From positions 1 through 42,300 of the forward strand of contig CANPVX010000004.1 in assembly GCA_947581815.1 (NCBI GenBank): DNA of 42,300 nucleotides. Reading direction: 5' to 3'. This document shows, in pieces, positions 7,357 to 17,329 of the stretch. Within the stretch, counting starts at the first letter, position 1, and each line of letters opens with the position of its first letter. The notes under the pieces were generated by a model that was not told where the DNA came from, ran no database searches, and saw only the letters and a program-made list of their open reading frames with translations. Source of the stretch: Candidatus Indicimonas acetifermentans (GTDB taxonomy: Bacteria; Gemmatimonadota; Gemmatimonadetes; Palauibacterales; KS3-K002). Made by a program: the position numbers and the translations under genes.

Positions 7357-9182
7357 GCCGCGCTAGGCGCGTCGCCCACGAACTGTAGCTCGTATAGGCG
7401 GGCATAAAGCTCGCCGCGCTCGAGTAGCTCTTCATGCGTGCCGCTCTCCTGCACCTCACCGCCGTGGAGCACAAGGATCTTGCTGGCGTTCTGCACCGTG
7501 GAAAGCCGGTGGGCGATAACCAGGCTCGTGCGGCCGCGCATCAGCTCCTCGACTGCCTCCTGGATCCGGGCCTCTATCTCCGAGTCGACCGAGCTAGTGG
7601 CTTCGTCGAGCACCAGGACGCAGGGGTTGTAAGCCAAAGCGCGAGCGAACGAGAGGAGCTGGCGCTCCCCGACGCTGAGGCTGGCGCCTCTTTCGCCGAG
7701 CTCCTGCTCGTACCCGTCGGGCAGGCGCCGGACGAATCGGTCGGCGCCGACGCGCCGGGCCGCCTCGACGATGTCGTCGTCGGAGATCTCCTCGTTCCCC
7801 AAGCGTACGTTGTAGCGCGCGTTGCCGCTGAACAGATACACGTCCTGGAGGACGAGCCCGATGGCCGAGCGCAGCTCTCGCTGCGGGAACTCCCGGATGT
7901 CGATGTCATCCAGGAGGATGGTTCCCCTCTGTGGGTCGTAGAAGCGCATCAGCAGATTGATGATCGTGGTTTTGCCGGCGCCGGTGTGGCCGACGATGGC
8001 CAGGCGTTCTCCCGGCTCGACCTTAAGGGAGACGTCCTTCAAGACCCAGTCGGGCAGCCGCCCGTCATCGCGAAAGCCGGCTTTGTTGTAGGCGAACCAG
8101 ACGTTACGGAACTCGATCCGTCCCCGAACCGGTGAGGGGAGTGGTCGCGTCGTTTCTCGGTCCGCCACGAGAGAATCGGTGTCGAGGAGCTTGAAGATCC
8201 GCTCCGAGCTGGCCATCGCCCCTTGCAAGACATTGTATTTTTCAGACAGATCCTGAATCGGCCGGTAGAAGCGACGGGCGTATTGCAAGAAGGCTGCGAC
8301 GACGCCGACGGTAACTGTGCCGTCGAGCACGCGGAGCCCTCCGTACCAGATGATAAGGGCGAGGGCGATCGCGGACAGTATTTCTATCACTGGGAAGAAG
8401 AGGGCGTAGTAGGTGATCGAGCGCAGGTGCGCGTAGAGGTGGTCGAAGTTGATATTGTGGAACTTCTTAGCCTCGCGTTCTTCCTGCCCGAAGAGCTGGA
8501 CGGTGGACATGCCGGTGATGCGTTCCTGCAGGAACGCGTTGATGCGGGCGAGCTTTACCCGAATGTCGCGGTAGGCGCGACGCACTTTCAAACGAAAGAT
8601 CATCGCGACGATCCAGACCAGCGGCAGGACGGTGAAGGAGACGAGGGCCAGCTTCCAGTTCATCGCGAGCATGACTCCGACGATGAAGAGGAGCGTGAAG
8701 ACGTCCCCGAAGATCGCGACTACGCCGGAGGTGAACATCTCGTTAAGCACCTCGACGTCGCTGGTCATTCGGGTCATGAGGCGGCCGACCGGGTTGCGGT
8801 CGAAGAAGCGGAGCGAGAGGCGCTGAAGGTGAGCGAAGATCTCGGTCCGCAGATCGTACATCACCTTCTGGCCGATCCACGTCGCGAGGAGCGTTTGGAG
8901 GTAGGAGAGTAGGAGGGCAACGGCGAGGGCTACGGCGTAAATTGTGGCGAGAACGGTGATGAGCCGCAGATCGCCGGCTGGGATGGCCTTGTCGATGGCG
9001 ACGGCGGTGAGATAGGGGCCCACGAGCTCCAGCCCGGAGGCGAGGATGAGCATGATCACGGCGGCGACCACCTGCCAGCGGTACGGTCGCAGGTAGCGAA
9101 GCAGCCGTTTCATGAGGCGCGAGTCGTAGGCTTTGCCGAGCGCCTCTTCTTCGTGGAAGTCGACTTCTGGGCTCGTCTGCAT
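7353..9182 (-). CDS. ABC exporter, fused permease/ATPase (MdlB/MsbA-like)
   Basis: Multi-TM N-terminal domain, Walker A GHTGAGKT, signature LSVGERQ, Walker B LVLDEATS, IAHRLST. Confidence 0.93.
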   Translation of the reverse strand: MQTSPEVDFHEEEALGKAYDSRLMKRLLRYLRPYRWQVVAAVIMLILASGLELVGPYLTAVAIDKAIPAGDLRLITVLATIYAVALAVALLLSYLQTLLATWIGQKVMYDLRTEIFAHLQRLSLRFFDRNPVGRLMTRMTSDVEVLNEMFTSGVVAIFGDVFTLLFIVGVMLAMNWKLALVSFTVLPLVWIVAMIFRLKVRRAYRDIRVKLARINAFLQERITGMSTVQLFGQEEREAKKFHNINFDHLYAHLRSITYYALFFPVIEILSAIALALIIWYGGLRVLDGTVTVGVVAAFLQYARRFYRPIQDLSEKYNVLQGAMASSERIFKLLDTDSLVADRETTRPLPSPVRGRIEFRNVWFAYNKAGFRDDGRLPDWVLKDVSLKVEPGERLAIVGHTGAGKTTIINLLMRFYDPQRGTILLDDIDIREFPQRELRSAIGLVLQDVYLFSGNARYNVRLGNEEISDDDIVEAARRVGADRFVRRLPDGYEQELGERGASLSVGERQLLSFARALAYNPCVLVLDEATSSVDSEIEARIQEAVEELMRGRTSLVIAHRLSTVQNASKILVLHGGEVQESGTHEELLERGELYARLYELQFVGDAPSAA

Positions 9183-9232
9183 AAACTTGTGATTACGAAG
9201 CTAGTCAGAAGGTGGAACGGTCGGAAGGGGTA

Positions 9233-12088
9233 ATGAACGGTACCATAAGGATCCGAGGCGCCTCCCAGCACAATCTGAAGGGGATCGACCTCGATATCCC
9301 ACATCGCACGTTCAGCGTGATCACGGGGCCCTCGGGGTCGGGCAAGTCATCATTAGTGTTCGATACGATCTTCGCCGAGGCGCAACGGCGATATGTCGAA
9401 TCTCTCTCCACGTATGCGAAGCAGTTCCTCGATAGGATGGAGAAGCCGGACGTGGAGGCGGTGGACGGGATCAGTCCGGCGGTGGCGATCCAGCAGAAGA
9501 ATCCCACGAAGACCAGCCGCTCGACCGTAGGAACGGCCACGGAGATCTACGATTATCTGAGACTGCTCTGGGCTCGCGTCGGCCGGACCCATTGCCCGGA
9601 CTGCGAGCGCGAGGTTCGGCCCGATACCGTACAGACCGCGGTCGACCGGGTGCAAGCGCTGCCCAAAGGATCGCGCGTGATGATCGTGTTCCCATTGCCC
9701 GTCTCCTCCAAGGTGACCGATGAGCTCATCGTCGAGAACCTGCGAGCGCTAGGGTTCATCCGCGTGCTCGCTGATTCGGAGGAAGTCTATCTGGGAGATG
9801 CCTCGGGCTGTGCCGAGGGCGAGGCGCGAGGGTTGGCGGGAGCGGCTGAGCTGTTGGTCGTCGTGGATCGCCTCAAGGTCGGCGACGCGTCCGAGGCACG
9901 CCTCGCTGACTCGATGGGCATGGCTTTCGCTCAAGGCGAAGGTGAGGCTCTCGTGATCGCGCTGAACGGGCGGGGCGAGGGCGAGGGCGAGGGCGGGGGC
10001 GAGTCCGAGCGCCTGTTGTTCAGCGAGCGATTCCGCTGCCCAGATTGTGGGACGACGTTTCCGGATCCGAGTCCGTCGCTCTTCTCGTTCAACAGTCCGG
10101 TGGGCGCCTGCCCGACGTGCAACGGGTTCGGTGCAACGCTAGAGTTCGATCAGAACCTCATAATTCCGGATCCCGACCGCTCGCTGGCGCAAGGTGCAGT
10201 CGACCCGTGGGAGAAACCGCGCTACGGATCGCGGCGGCGCAAGCTGAGCAGCTTGGCGGCGGAGGAGGGCGTCTCGATGAACGCTCCGTGGCGAAAGCTC
10301 GCCAAGGAATTCCGGCACACCGTGATCCACGGACGCCGGGGCTTCGAAGGTGTGTTCAGACACCTCGAGAGTCTGAAGCGAAAACGATACAAGCAGTACA
10401 TCCGGGTGTTCCTTCGCCAGTATCAAACCGCGCAGGTCTGCCCGTCGTGCCAGGGCATGCGACTGCGCCCCGAGGCTCTGAACGTGCGGATCGCGGGCCG
10501 CCGCATCGGCGAAGTCAGCGCGCTGCCGGTGGAGGAGCTGCGAAACTGGCTGGACGACATCCAGCTCAGCGATCACGATCGCGCCGTGGCCGAGCTCATC
10601 CTGAAGGAGCTGAGGGAGCGCGTCGCGTTCCTTGATGATGTGGGGCTCGGCTACCTGGCTCTGGATCGGCAGGCCCGGACGCTCTCCGGCGGGGAAGCGC
10701 AGCGCATCAACCTGGCCAACGCGCTGGGCAGCCGGCTAGTGGATACGATCTACGTGCTCGATGAGCCGTCGATAGGGCTACACCCGCAAGATACGGAAAA
10801 GCTCTATCGCCTCCTGGAACACTTGCGGGATCAGGGTAACACGGTCCTGGTGGTCGAGCACGACACCGCGGCGATCCGGCGGGCCGATCACGTCATCGAG
10901 CTGGGCCCGGGCAGCGGTGAGAAAGGGGGCGAGCTCGTTTATGCCGGCGGTCTACCGGGTTTGCTCGAGGCCGATACGCTGACGGGGCAGTACTTGTCGA
11001 ACCGTCGCGAAGTCGCGCTGCCGGCCCGGCGGCGGCCCGTGGATGGACCGCGCCTCAGCCTTGAGGGAGCGAGCCTGCACAACGTCGATGGCGTAGACGT
11101 GACCATCCCGCTGGGAGCGCTCACGGTCGTCACCGGCGTTTCCGGGAGCGGCAAGTCGACACTCGTGCACGACATCCTCTACCGCGCGCTCGAGCGGAAA
11201 TTGGCGGGCAAGACGACCGCCAAGCAGCATCTCGGAGAGCCCGTCGGGGCGTATCGCACGCTGAAGGGGAGTGGAGCGCTGGCCAAGGTCGTGTTGGTCG
11301 ACCAGAGCCCCATCGGCCGGACTCCGCGCTCCAACCCGGTGACCTACTTGAAGGCGTACTCCGAGATCCGCCGCATCTTCGCTGAGCAGGCGGAGGCGCG
11401 GAGCCGGAAGTTGGGAGCGAGCCACTTCTCGTTCAACGTTCCGGGCGGTCGCTGTGAGGCATGTCAGGGCGCCGGCCACCTGGAAGTGGAGATGCTGTTT
11501 CTCGCTGATGTCTACGTGCCCTGCGACGTCTGCGGCGGCCGGCGCTTCAAGCCGGAGGTGCTGGAAGTGCGCTATCGGGGCCTCAACATCCAGCAGGTTC
11601 TGGGTTTGACGGTCGACGAGGCGATCCGCTTCTTCATCAAGCAGGATCGCCTCGGAGAGATGCTGTGGCAGCTGCAGCGCGTAGGGCTGGGGTATCTGCG
11701 GCTCGGGCAGCCGGCGACCACGCTCTCGGGCGGTGAAGCCCAGCGACTCAAGTTGGCCCGCGAGCTCGCGGCGGCCAGCCGCAAGGCGGGCCGCAAGTTG
11801 TATCTGCTCGATGAGCCGACCACCGGGCTTCACCTCCACGACATCGCCAAGCTCATCGATGTACTCGATCAGCTGATCCAGAGTGGTGGGACGGTCATAG
11901 TCATCGAGCACAATCTCGACGTGATCAAGCAGGCGGACTGGATCATCGACCTCGGACCGGATGCGGGGAGGAACGGCGGCCGGGTGGTGGCCATGGGACG
12001 GCCGGAAGAGGTCGCCGCGGTGGACGAATCGAGAACGGGCCGCTTTCTGCGCCACGTTCTGGATGGCGCGCTGCCCCAACCGGCCTAG
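9233..12088 (+). CDS. uvrA: Excinuclease ABC subunit A
   Basis: GASQHNLK, two Walker A motifs (GPSGSGKS, GVSGSGKS), two LSGGEAQR signatures, CxxC zinc modules; ATG at 9233 after GAAGGGG. Confidence 0.96.
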   Translation: MNGTIRIRGASQHNLKGIDLDIPHRTFSVITGPSGSGKSSLVFDTIFAEAQRRYVESLSTYAKQFLDRMEKPDVEAVDGISPAVAIQQKNPTKTSRSTVGTATEIYDYLRLLWARVGRTHCPDCEREVRPDTVQTAVDRVQALPKGSRVMIVFPLPVSSKVTDELIVENLRALGFIRVLADSEEVYLGDASGCAEGEARGLAGAAELLVVVDRLKVGDASEARLADSMGMAFAQGEGEALVIALNGRGEGEGEGGGESERLLFSERFRCPDCGTTFPDPSPSLFSFNSPVGACPTCNGFGATLEFDQNLIIPDPDRSLAQGAVDPWEKPRYGSRRRKLSSLAAEEGVSMNAPWRKLAKEFRHTVIHGRRGFEGVFRHLESLKRKRYKQYIRVFLRQYQTAQVCPSCQGMRLRPEALNVRIAGRRIGEVSALPVEELRNWLDDIQLSDHDRAVAELILKELRERVAFLDDVGLGYLALDRQARTLSGGEAQRINLANALGSRLVDTIYVLDEPSIGLHPQDTEKLYRLLEHLRDQGNTVLVVEHDTAAIRRADHVIELGPGSGEKGGELVYAGGLPGLLEADTLTGQYLSNRREVALPARRRPVDGPRLSLEGASLHNVDGVDVTIPLGALTVVTGVSGSGKSTLVHDILYRALERKLAGKTTAKQHLGEPVGAYRTLKGSGALAKVVLVDQSPIGRTPRSNPVTYLKAYSEIRRIFAEQAEARSRKLGASHFSFNVPGGRCEACQGAGHLEVEMLFLADVYVPCDVCGGRRFKPEVLEVRYRGLNIQQVLGLTVDEAIRFFIKQDRLGEMLWQLQRVGLGYLRLGQPATTLSGGEAQRLKLARELAAASRKAGRKLYLLDEPTTGLHLHDIAKLIDVLDQLIQSGGTVIVIEHNLDVIKQADWIIDLGPDAGRNGGRVVAMGRPEEVAAVDESRTGRFLRHVLDGALPQPA

Positions 12089-12096
12089 CTCGCCCA

Positions 12097-13146
12097 GTGA
12101 ACTCACGAGCTCGCAGCCTGTCGGTGCTATTTCCCTGCCGCGACGCGGCGGCGTACCTACCACAGGCGATACGCAGCCTCCAGGCGCAGACCTTCGCCGA
12201 CTTCGAAGTCGTTGCCGTAGACGACGGCTCGGCCGATGGAAGCGGCGAGCTTCTGGAGCGCTGGGCGCGGATGGACGGGCGGGTGCGCCTCCTTCGCCTG
12301 GGACGATCGGGCTTGACGGAGGCTCTACGCGCTGGAGCCGAGCTATGTCACGGGGAGTACTTGGCGCGCTTCGACGCCGACGATGTCGCGCACCCACTGC
12401 GATTCGGCCGCCAGCTTCAGTTCATGAGAGGGCGACCCGACATCGCCGCGAGCGGGACGCACATCCGGTACTTTCCGGCCGAGGTCGTTGGCTGGGGAGC
12501 GCGGCGCTATGAGCGCTGGCTGAACGGTCTCTCAGAGCCGGAGCAATTGGCGCGGGACATCTTCGTTGAGTGTCCGATCGCCCACCCGACCTTGATGCTG
12601 CGGCGCTCCGTTTTCGAGGAGGTGGGAGGCTATCAATCCGAATCGTGGCCCGAGGACTACGATCTCATCCTGCGGCTGCACGCCGCGGGGGCGCGGTTGG
12701 CGAACGTGCCGCAAGTGCTGCACTTCTGGCGCGAGCGTTCCGATCGGGCATCGCGGACCGAGCTGCGTTACTCCGCTGACGCTTTTCGCCGCTGCAAAGT
12801 TCAATATCTCCGCGCCACTGATTTGAGGGGGCAGGGGCGGGGGCGGGGGCGGGGGCGGCGGGACTCCGTGGCGGTATGGGGGGCCGGCCGCGTCGGCAAA
12901 GACTTCGCGCGGGCGCTCAGTGATGTCGGCGTCACGGTTCGTGCGTTTTATGACATCGATCCCGACAAGATCGGCCAGCGGATTGACGATATCCCCGTTC
13001 GCGACGCCCGGCGTCTGGACGGCCGCGGGGGCGGGGACCCTTACATCCTTGTGGCCGTCGGGGCCTCCGGCGCCCGCGAGCTGATTCGCGGCCAGCTAAC
13101 GGCGGCGGGCCGGCGCGAGCCTGAGGACTACCGTTGCGTGGCATAG
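12097..13146 (+). CDS. Glycosyltransferase family 2 with C-terminal Rossmann-like domain
   Basis: SVLFPCRD, VDDGSAD, ARFDADD, AHPTLM, PEDYDL; C-terminal VWGAGRVG. Confidence 0.88.
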   Translation: MNSRARSLSVLFPCRDAAAYLPQAIRSLQAQTFADFEVVAVDDGSADGSGELLERWARMDGRVRLLRLGRSGLTEALRAGAELCHGEYLARFDADDVAHPLRFGRQLQFMRGRPDIAASGTHIRYFPAEVVGWGARRYERWLNGLSEPEQLARDIFVECPIAHPTLMLRRSVFEEVGGYQSESWPEDYDLILRLHAAGARLANVPQVLHFWRERSDRASRTELRYSADAFRRCKVQYLRATDLRGQGRGRGRGRRDSVAVWGAGRVGKDFARALSDVGVTVRAFYDIDPDKIGQRIDDIPVRDARRLDGRGGGDPYILVAVGASGARELIRGQLTAAGRREPEDYRCVA

Positions 13147-13279
13147 AAACGGGCCCTCAATCGGGTTATTTTAGTAGGTCTGGAGAATAACTGGAGGATC
13201 TGGAGCGCGTGGCGCTCAGACCTTAGATTGGGGGTGCGGAGCAAACCCACATATCCCCCTTACTCTAAGGAAGGGTACC

Positions 13280-13657
13280 ATGCGATACCTACCATTCTTC
13301 GGTATGGTGGTCGTGGCGCTAGCCGCGACCGCATGCGGCTCGTCGGTGTCTTTGCCGGCGGTGGAGCCTGACCAGGTGGCAATTTACCTGCCGGGCTCAC
13401 CGACGCCGGCGGAGGATTACAAGATCCTGGCGAGGATCGACGAGAAGGGTCCCCAGAGCATCACCAATGAGGAGCTGATCGACAAGGCGAAGCAGAGAGC
13501 TGCGGATATGGGAGCCGATGCCCTCATCATCTCGACGATCCGGCTGACGACCGAGGGCCAGGCGCAGCTGAATCTCGATCAGCCGGTCGAGAAGTTTCTG
13601 GAGGGTATTGCGGTCTACTTCCCGAGCAAGCACCCGGAGCTGCTGGCGGAGAAGTGA
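13280..13657 (+). CDS. Putative lipoprotein (YbjQ/heavy-metal-binding-like fold)
   Basis: Signal peptide with lipobox-like ATAC; KAKQRAADMGADALII motif; SD AAGGAAGG. Confidence 0.7.
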   Translation: MRYLPFFGMVVVALAATACGSSVSLPAVEPDQVAIYLPGSPTPAEDYKILARIDEKGPQSITNEELIDKAKQRAADMGADALIISTIRLTTEGQAQLNLDQPVEKFLEGIAVYFPSKHPELLAEK

Positions 13658-13734
13658 CTCGAAGTCGGTAGGCTCAGTAAGCGGGGCCCGGCCCCCACGG
13701 AGAACACCACAACCAGGACGGTTTGAGGTCATCG

Positions 13735-16194
13735 ATGGCAGGGATCCAGTCTGAGGAGAACGTCGTAGCACGCTTCCTAGAAGACGAGATGCGCGAGTCG
13801 TTCATCGACTACTCGATGAGCGTCATCGTGCAGCGGGCCCTACCGGATGTACGGGATGGCCTCAAGCCTGTGCATCGGCGAGTGCTATACGCCATGCACG
13901 AGGTTGGACTGGCGCCCAACCGAGCGCACAAGAAGAGCGCGTTGGTTGTCGGTGAAGTTCTGGGGAAGTTCCACCCCCACGGTGATATGGCGGTCTACGA
14001 TGCGCTGGTGCGCATGGTGCAGGACTTCTCGCTGCGCTATCCACTGATCAACGGTCAGGGGAACTTCGGCTCGATCGACGGCGACAGCGCCGCAGCGTAC
14101 CGGTATACGGAGGTACGCCTGGGCCCGATCGCCGTCGAGCTGCTTGGGAACATAGACAAGGAGACTGTGGACTTCGTTCCGAACTTCGACGACCGGCTGC
14201 AGGAGCCGACGGTCCTGCCCGCGAAGTTCCCCAATCTTCTGGTCAACGGTTCCTCGGGCATCGCGGTGGGTATGGCTACGAACATACCTCCACACAACTT
14301 GCGCGAGGTGGTGAATGCGACCAAGCACCTGATCGATCATCCCGATGCCGATCCGAAGACGCTGATGAAGTTCGTCGAGGGCCCGGATTTCCCGACGGGC
14401 GGTGTGGCGCACGGGAAGAAGGGGATCGAGGAGGCTTACGTCACCGGGCGAGGCAGGATCGTGATGCGCGCGCGCGCCAAGATCGAAGAAGGTCGTGGCG
14501 GGGCGGAGCGCATCGTGATCACCGAGATCCCGTTCATGGTCAACAAGACCCGGCTGATCGAGCAGATCGCCGCGCTGGCGCGGGAGAGGCGCGTGGAGGG
14601 GATCTCGGATCTGCGCGATGAGAGCGATCGCGACGGGATGCGGATCGTCGTCGAGCTGAAGCGCGACGCGATCACGCAGGTTGTGCTGAACCGGCTGTAC
14701 AAGCACACGCAGATGCAGTCGACATTCGGCGCGATCATGCTGGCGCTAGTCGACGGAGTGCCGAAGATCCTGAATCTGCAGGAGATGATCCAGCACTTCG
14801 TGGACCATCGTCACGAGATCGTAGTGCGGAGGAGCGAATTCGATCTCAAGAACGCGGAGGACCGCGAACACATACTGATCGGACTCAAGAAGGCCGTCGA
14901 CAACATCGACAAGGTCGTCGAGCTGATCAAGAAGGCCAAAGACCCCAAGCAGGCAAGCCAGCGGCTGCGCAAGACGTTCCAGCTGAGCGAGACGCAGGCC
15001 GAGGCAATCCTCAACATGCGCCTTGCGCGACTCACGGGACTCGAGATCGAGAAGCTGGAGGCCGAGCTCAAGGAAGTGCGCGCCGCGATCAAGGAGCTAA
15101 AGGCGATCCTAGGCTCCAAGAAGCGACGAATGTCGATCATCAAGGAGGAGCTCGACGATATCGCCGAGAGGTATGGTGATGAGCGCCGCACCGAGATCGC
15201 AGGCGCCGTCGAGGAACTCTCGGACGAGGATCTGATCGCCGAGAAGGAGGTCGTGGTCACTGTTTCTCACGAAGGGTACATCAAACGACTCCCTTCGGAG
15301 ACCTATCGAAAGCAGCGGCGGGGCGGTCGCGGCGTAGCGGGCATGGCGACCAAGGAGGAGGACTGGGTCGAGCACCTCTTCATTGCCTCCACCCACGACT
15401 ACATCCTCATCTTGACGGGCCGCGGCCGGCTGCACTGGCTCAAGGTCCACAAGATCCCCGAAGCGAGCCGAACCGCGCGGGGCAAACCGATCGTAAATCT
15501 GGTCAAGATGGACAAGGACGACGGAATCGCCGCCCTGCTGCCGGTGCGTGAGTTCAGCGAGGATCGCTTTCTGTTCTTCGCCACCCAGCAAGGCCTGGTC
15601 AAAAAGACGAGGCTGTCCGCCTACAGCAACATTCGCTCCAGTGGCATCAGGGCGATCAACATCGTCGATAGTGACGAGTTGATCGAGGTCCATCTCACCG
15701 ATGGAGACAACGCGGTCGTTCTGGCTACTCGGAACGGCAAGGCGATTCGGTTCAGCGAGGCCGACGTGCGGGAGATGGGCCGATCCACTCGAGGTGTCAA
15801 AGGCATACGGCTCGGACGCGGTGACCACGTGATTGGACTCGTCGTGGTGGCGCGCGACGAAACCGCCCTGCTCGTGGTCACCGAGAGAGGGATGGGGAAG
15901 CGAACCGAAATCGACGGGTACCGGATCCAGCGTCGCGGCGGCAAAGGGGTCATCAACGTGCGGCTCTCAGCCAAAACGGGCAAGGTCGTCGCTATAAAAG
16001 AGGTCCGGGATAAAGACGAGCTTGTTCTGGTGACTCGAAAGGGAATCGTCAACAGGCAGCCAGTGGCCGAGATCCGCGCGACGGGCCGAAATGCTCAGGG
16101 CGTGCGACTCGTCAACCTGGACGCCGGCGATCTTGTAGTCGATGTTACGCAAGTGCCCTTTGTAGCGCCGGAGGAGCTGGCCGAAGCGAAGTAG
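13735..16194 (+). CDS. gyrA: DNA gyrase subunit A
   Basis: [18 protein letters not shown], active-site [18 protein letters not shown], GyrA-box QRRGGRG, C-terminal beta-pinwheel repeats. Confidence 0.97.
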   Translation: MAGIQSEENVVARFLEDEMRESFIDYSMSVIVQRALPDVRDGLKPVHRRVLYAMHEVGLAPNRAHKKSALVVGEVLGKFHPHGDMAVYDALVRMVQDFSLRYPLINGQGNFGSIDGDSAAAYRYTEVRLGPIAVELLGNIDKETVDFVPNFDDRLQEPTVLPAKFPNLLVNGSSGIAVGMATNIPPHNLREVVNATKHLIDHPDADPKTLMKFVEGPDFPTGGVAHGKKGIEEAYVTGRGRIVMRARAKIEEGRGGAERIVITEIPFMVNKTRLIEQIAALARERRVEGISDLRDESDRDGMRIVVELKRDAITQVVLNRLYKHTQMQSTFGAIMLALVDGVPKILNLQEMIQHFVDHRHEIVVRRSEFDLKNAEDREHILIGLKKAVDNIDKVVELIKKAKDPKQASQRLRKTFQLSETQAEAILNMRLARLTGLEIEKLEAELKEVRAAIKELKAILGSKKRRMSIIKEELDDIAERYGDERRTEIAGAVEELSDEDLIAEKEVVVTVSHEGYIKRLPSETYRKQRRGGRGVAGMATKEEDWVEHLFIASTHDYILILTGRGRLHWLKVHKIPEASRTARGKPIVNLVKMDKDDGIAALLPVREFSEDRFLFFATQQGLVKKTRLSAYSNIRSSGIRAINIVDSDELIEVHLTDGDNAVVLATRNGKAIRFSEADVREMGRSTRGVKGIRLGRGDHVIGLVVVARDETALLVVTERGMGKRTEIDGYRIQRRGGKGVINVRLSAKTGKVVAIKEVRDKDELVLVTRKGIVNRQPVAEIRATGRNAQGVRLVNLDAGDLVVDVTQVPFVAPEELAEAK

Positions 16195-16217
16195 GCGGCT
16201 AGAGGCAGCCTCCAGAC

Positions 16218-16246
16218 TTGACGTTCGGAAGTTACTGTCGCAGTTT
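16218..16246 (+). promoter_or_regulatory. Candidate sigma70-type promoter TTGACG-N17-CAGTTT
   Basis: Near-consensus -35 with exact 17-nt spacer upstream of the dehydratase-DGC operon; -10 is non-canonical. Confidence 0.4.
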
Positions 16247-16315
16247 GCGTGACTGGCCTAGAGGGTCAGTTGGTGAGCCCCCACTGTCCCCCCGCCCTTG
16301 TAACTTCCCTGATCG

Positions 16316-17329
16316 GTGGACGTTACGGAGTTCCCGGAAATAGAGAAGCTGGTCACCCTGGACGAGGTTCGGGCCGCTGCCGGCGTTCTACGCGGCGTGG
16401 CGCGGCGAACACCTCTCCTGATGGCCGGCGATACCTCTTTGAGCGGCGCGGGCGGGATGCGGCTCAAATGCGAGAACCTCCAGCGGGGAGGCGCATTCAA
16501 GCTACGGGGCGCCTACAATTTCATCTCTCGACTCCCCGACTCCGAACGGGCTCGGGGTGTGGTGACATACTCGTCGGGAAATCACGGTAAAGCGGTCGCG
16601 CTGGCCGCCAAGCTGCTCGGCGTACAGGCGGTGGTGGTGATCCCGGTGGACGCGCCGCGGATCAAGGCTGATGGGATCGAGCGGCTCGGCGCCGAGGTCG
16701 TGAAAGAGGGGACGACGTCGGTGGAGCGCCGGCGGCGCGCGGAAAAGATCGCGCGCACCCGCGGGGCGCCGATTGTGCCGCCGTTCGATCATCCGCTGAT
16801 CGTCGCGGGCCAGGGGACGGTGGGTCTCGAGATCGGCGAAGAGTGGCCCGACGTCGAGCGGGTCGTGGTGCCGGTGGGTGGGGGCGGTTTGCTGGCCGGG
16901 ATCGCAGCGTCTTTGAGCGTTCTGGCGCCGGGCGCCAGGGTGTACGGCGTCGAGCCGCGGGGCGCGGCCGCAATGCAGCGCTCGCTGAAGGCGGGCGAGC
17001 CGGTCAGCCTAGACTCGGTCGATACAGTGGCCGACGGCCTGAAGCCGGTACGACCGGGTGACTTGACCTTCGCGCACGCCCGCGAGCAGGTGGCGGACGT
17101 TGTGCTTGTGGACGACGAGGATATTCTGAGAGGTGTGGCGTGGCTCGCGGAGGAGTTCAGGATGGTCGTCGAGCCGAGCGGAGGGGCCACCGTGGGCGCG
17201 CTGCTGGCTGGAGCGTTGCCGGACCCGGATGCGCCGACGGTGGTGGTCATCTCGGGCGGGAACGTAGACCCGGGGAACTGGACGGAATGGGTTTCGGAGT
17301 ACGGAATGCGAGAAGCCGGTAAGGCATGA
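16316..17329 (+). CDS. PLP-dependent threonine/serine dehydratase (short form, no regulatory domain)
   Basis: LKCENLQRGGAFKLRGA (PLP lysine), SSGNHG, AGQGTVGLE, PVGGGGL, ISGGNVD. Confidence 0.92.
   Translation: MDVTEFPEIEKLVTLDEVRAAAGVLRGVARRTPLLMAGDTSLSGAGGMRLKCENLQRGGAFKLRGAYNFISRLPDSERARGVVTYSSGNHGKAVALAAKLLGVQAVVVIPVDAPRIKADGIERLGAEVVKEGTTSVERRRRAEKIARTRGAPIVPPFDHPLIVAGQGTVGLEIGEEWPDVERVVVPVGGGGLLAGIAASLSVLAPGARVYGVEPRGAAAMQRSLKAGEPVSLDSVDTVADGLKPVRPGDLTFAHAREQVADVVLVDDEDILRGVAWLAEEFRMVVEPSGGATVGALLAGALPDPDAPTVVVISGGNVDPGNWTEWVSEYGMREAGKA

Noticed and set aside
10952-12397. 481-aa minus-strand ORF, and similar long antisense ORFs at 32226-33650 and 37628-39109
   Set aside because: Antisense to uvrA, capA and dnaE; expected from GC-rich codon bias and carrying no motifs.
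13177-13250. Glycine-riboswitch-like words (CTGGAGA, GGAGCAA, CTCAG)
   Set aside because: Wrong order and no CCGAAG element.
16262-16303. Resemblance to the cobalamin riboswitch core (GGTG...CCCCCGC..TGTAA)
   Set aside because: Lacks GGGAA, the T-loop and the downstream B12 box; too short before the start codon.
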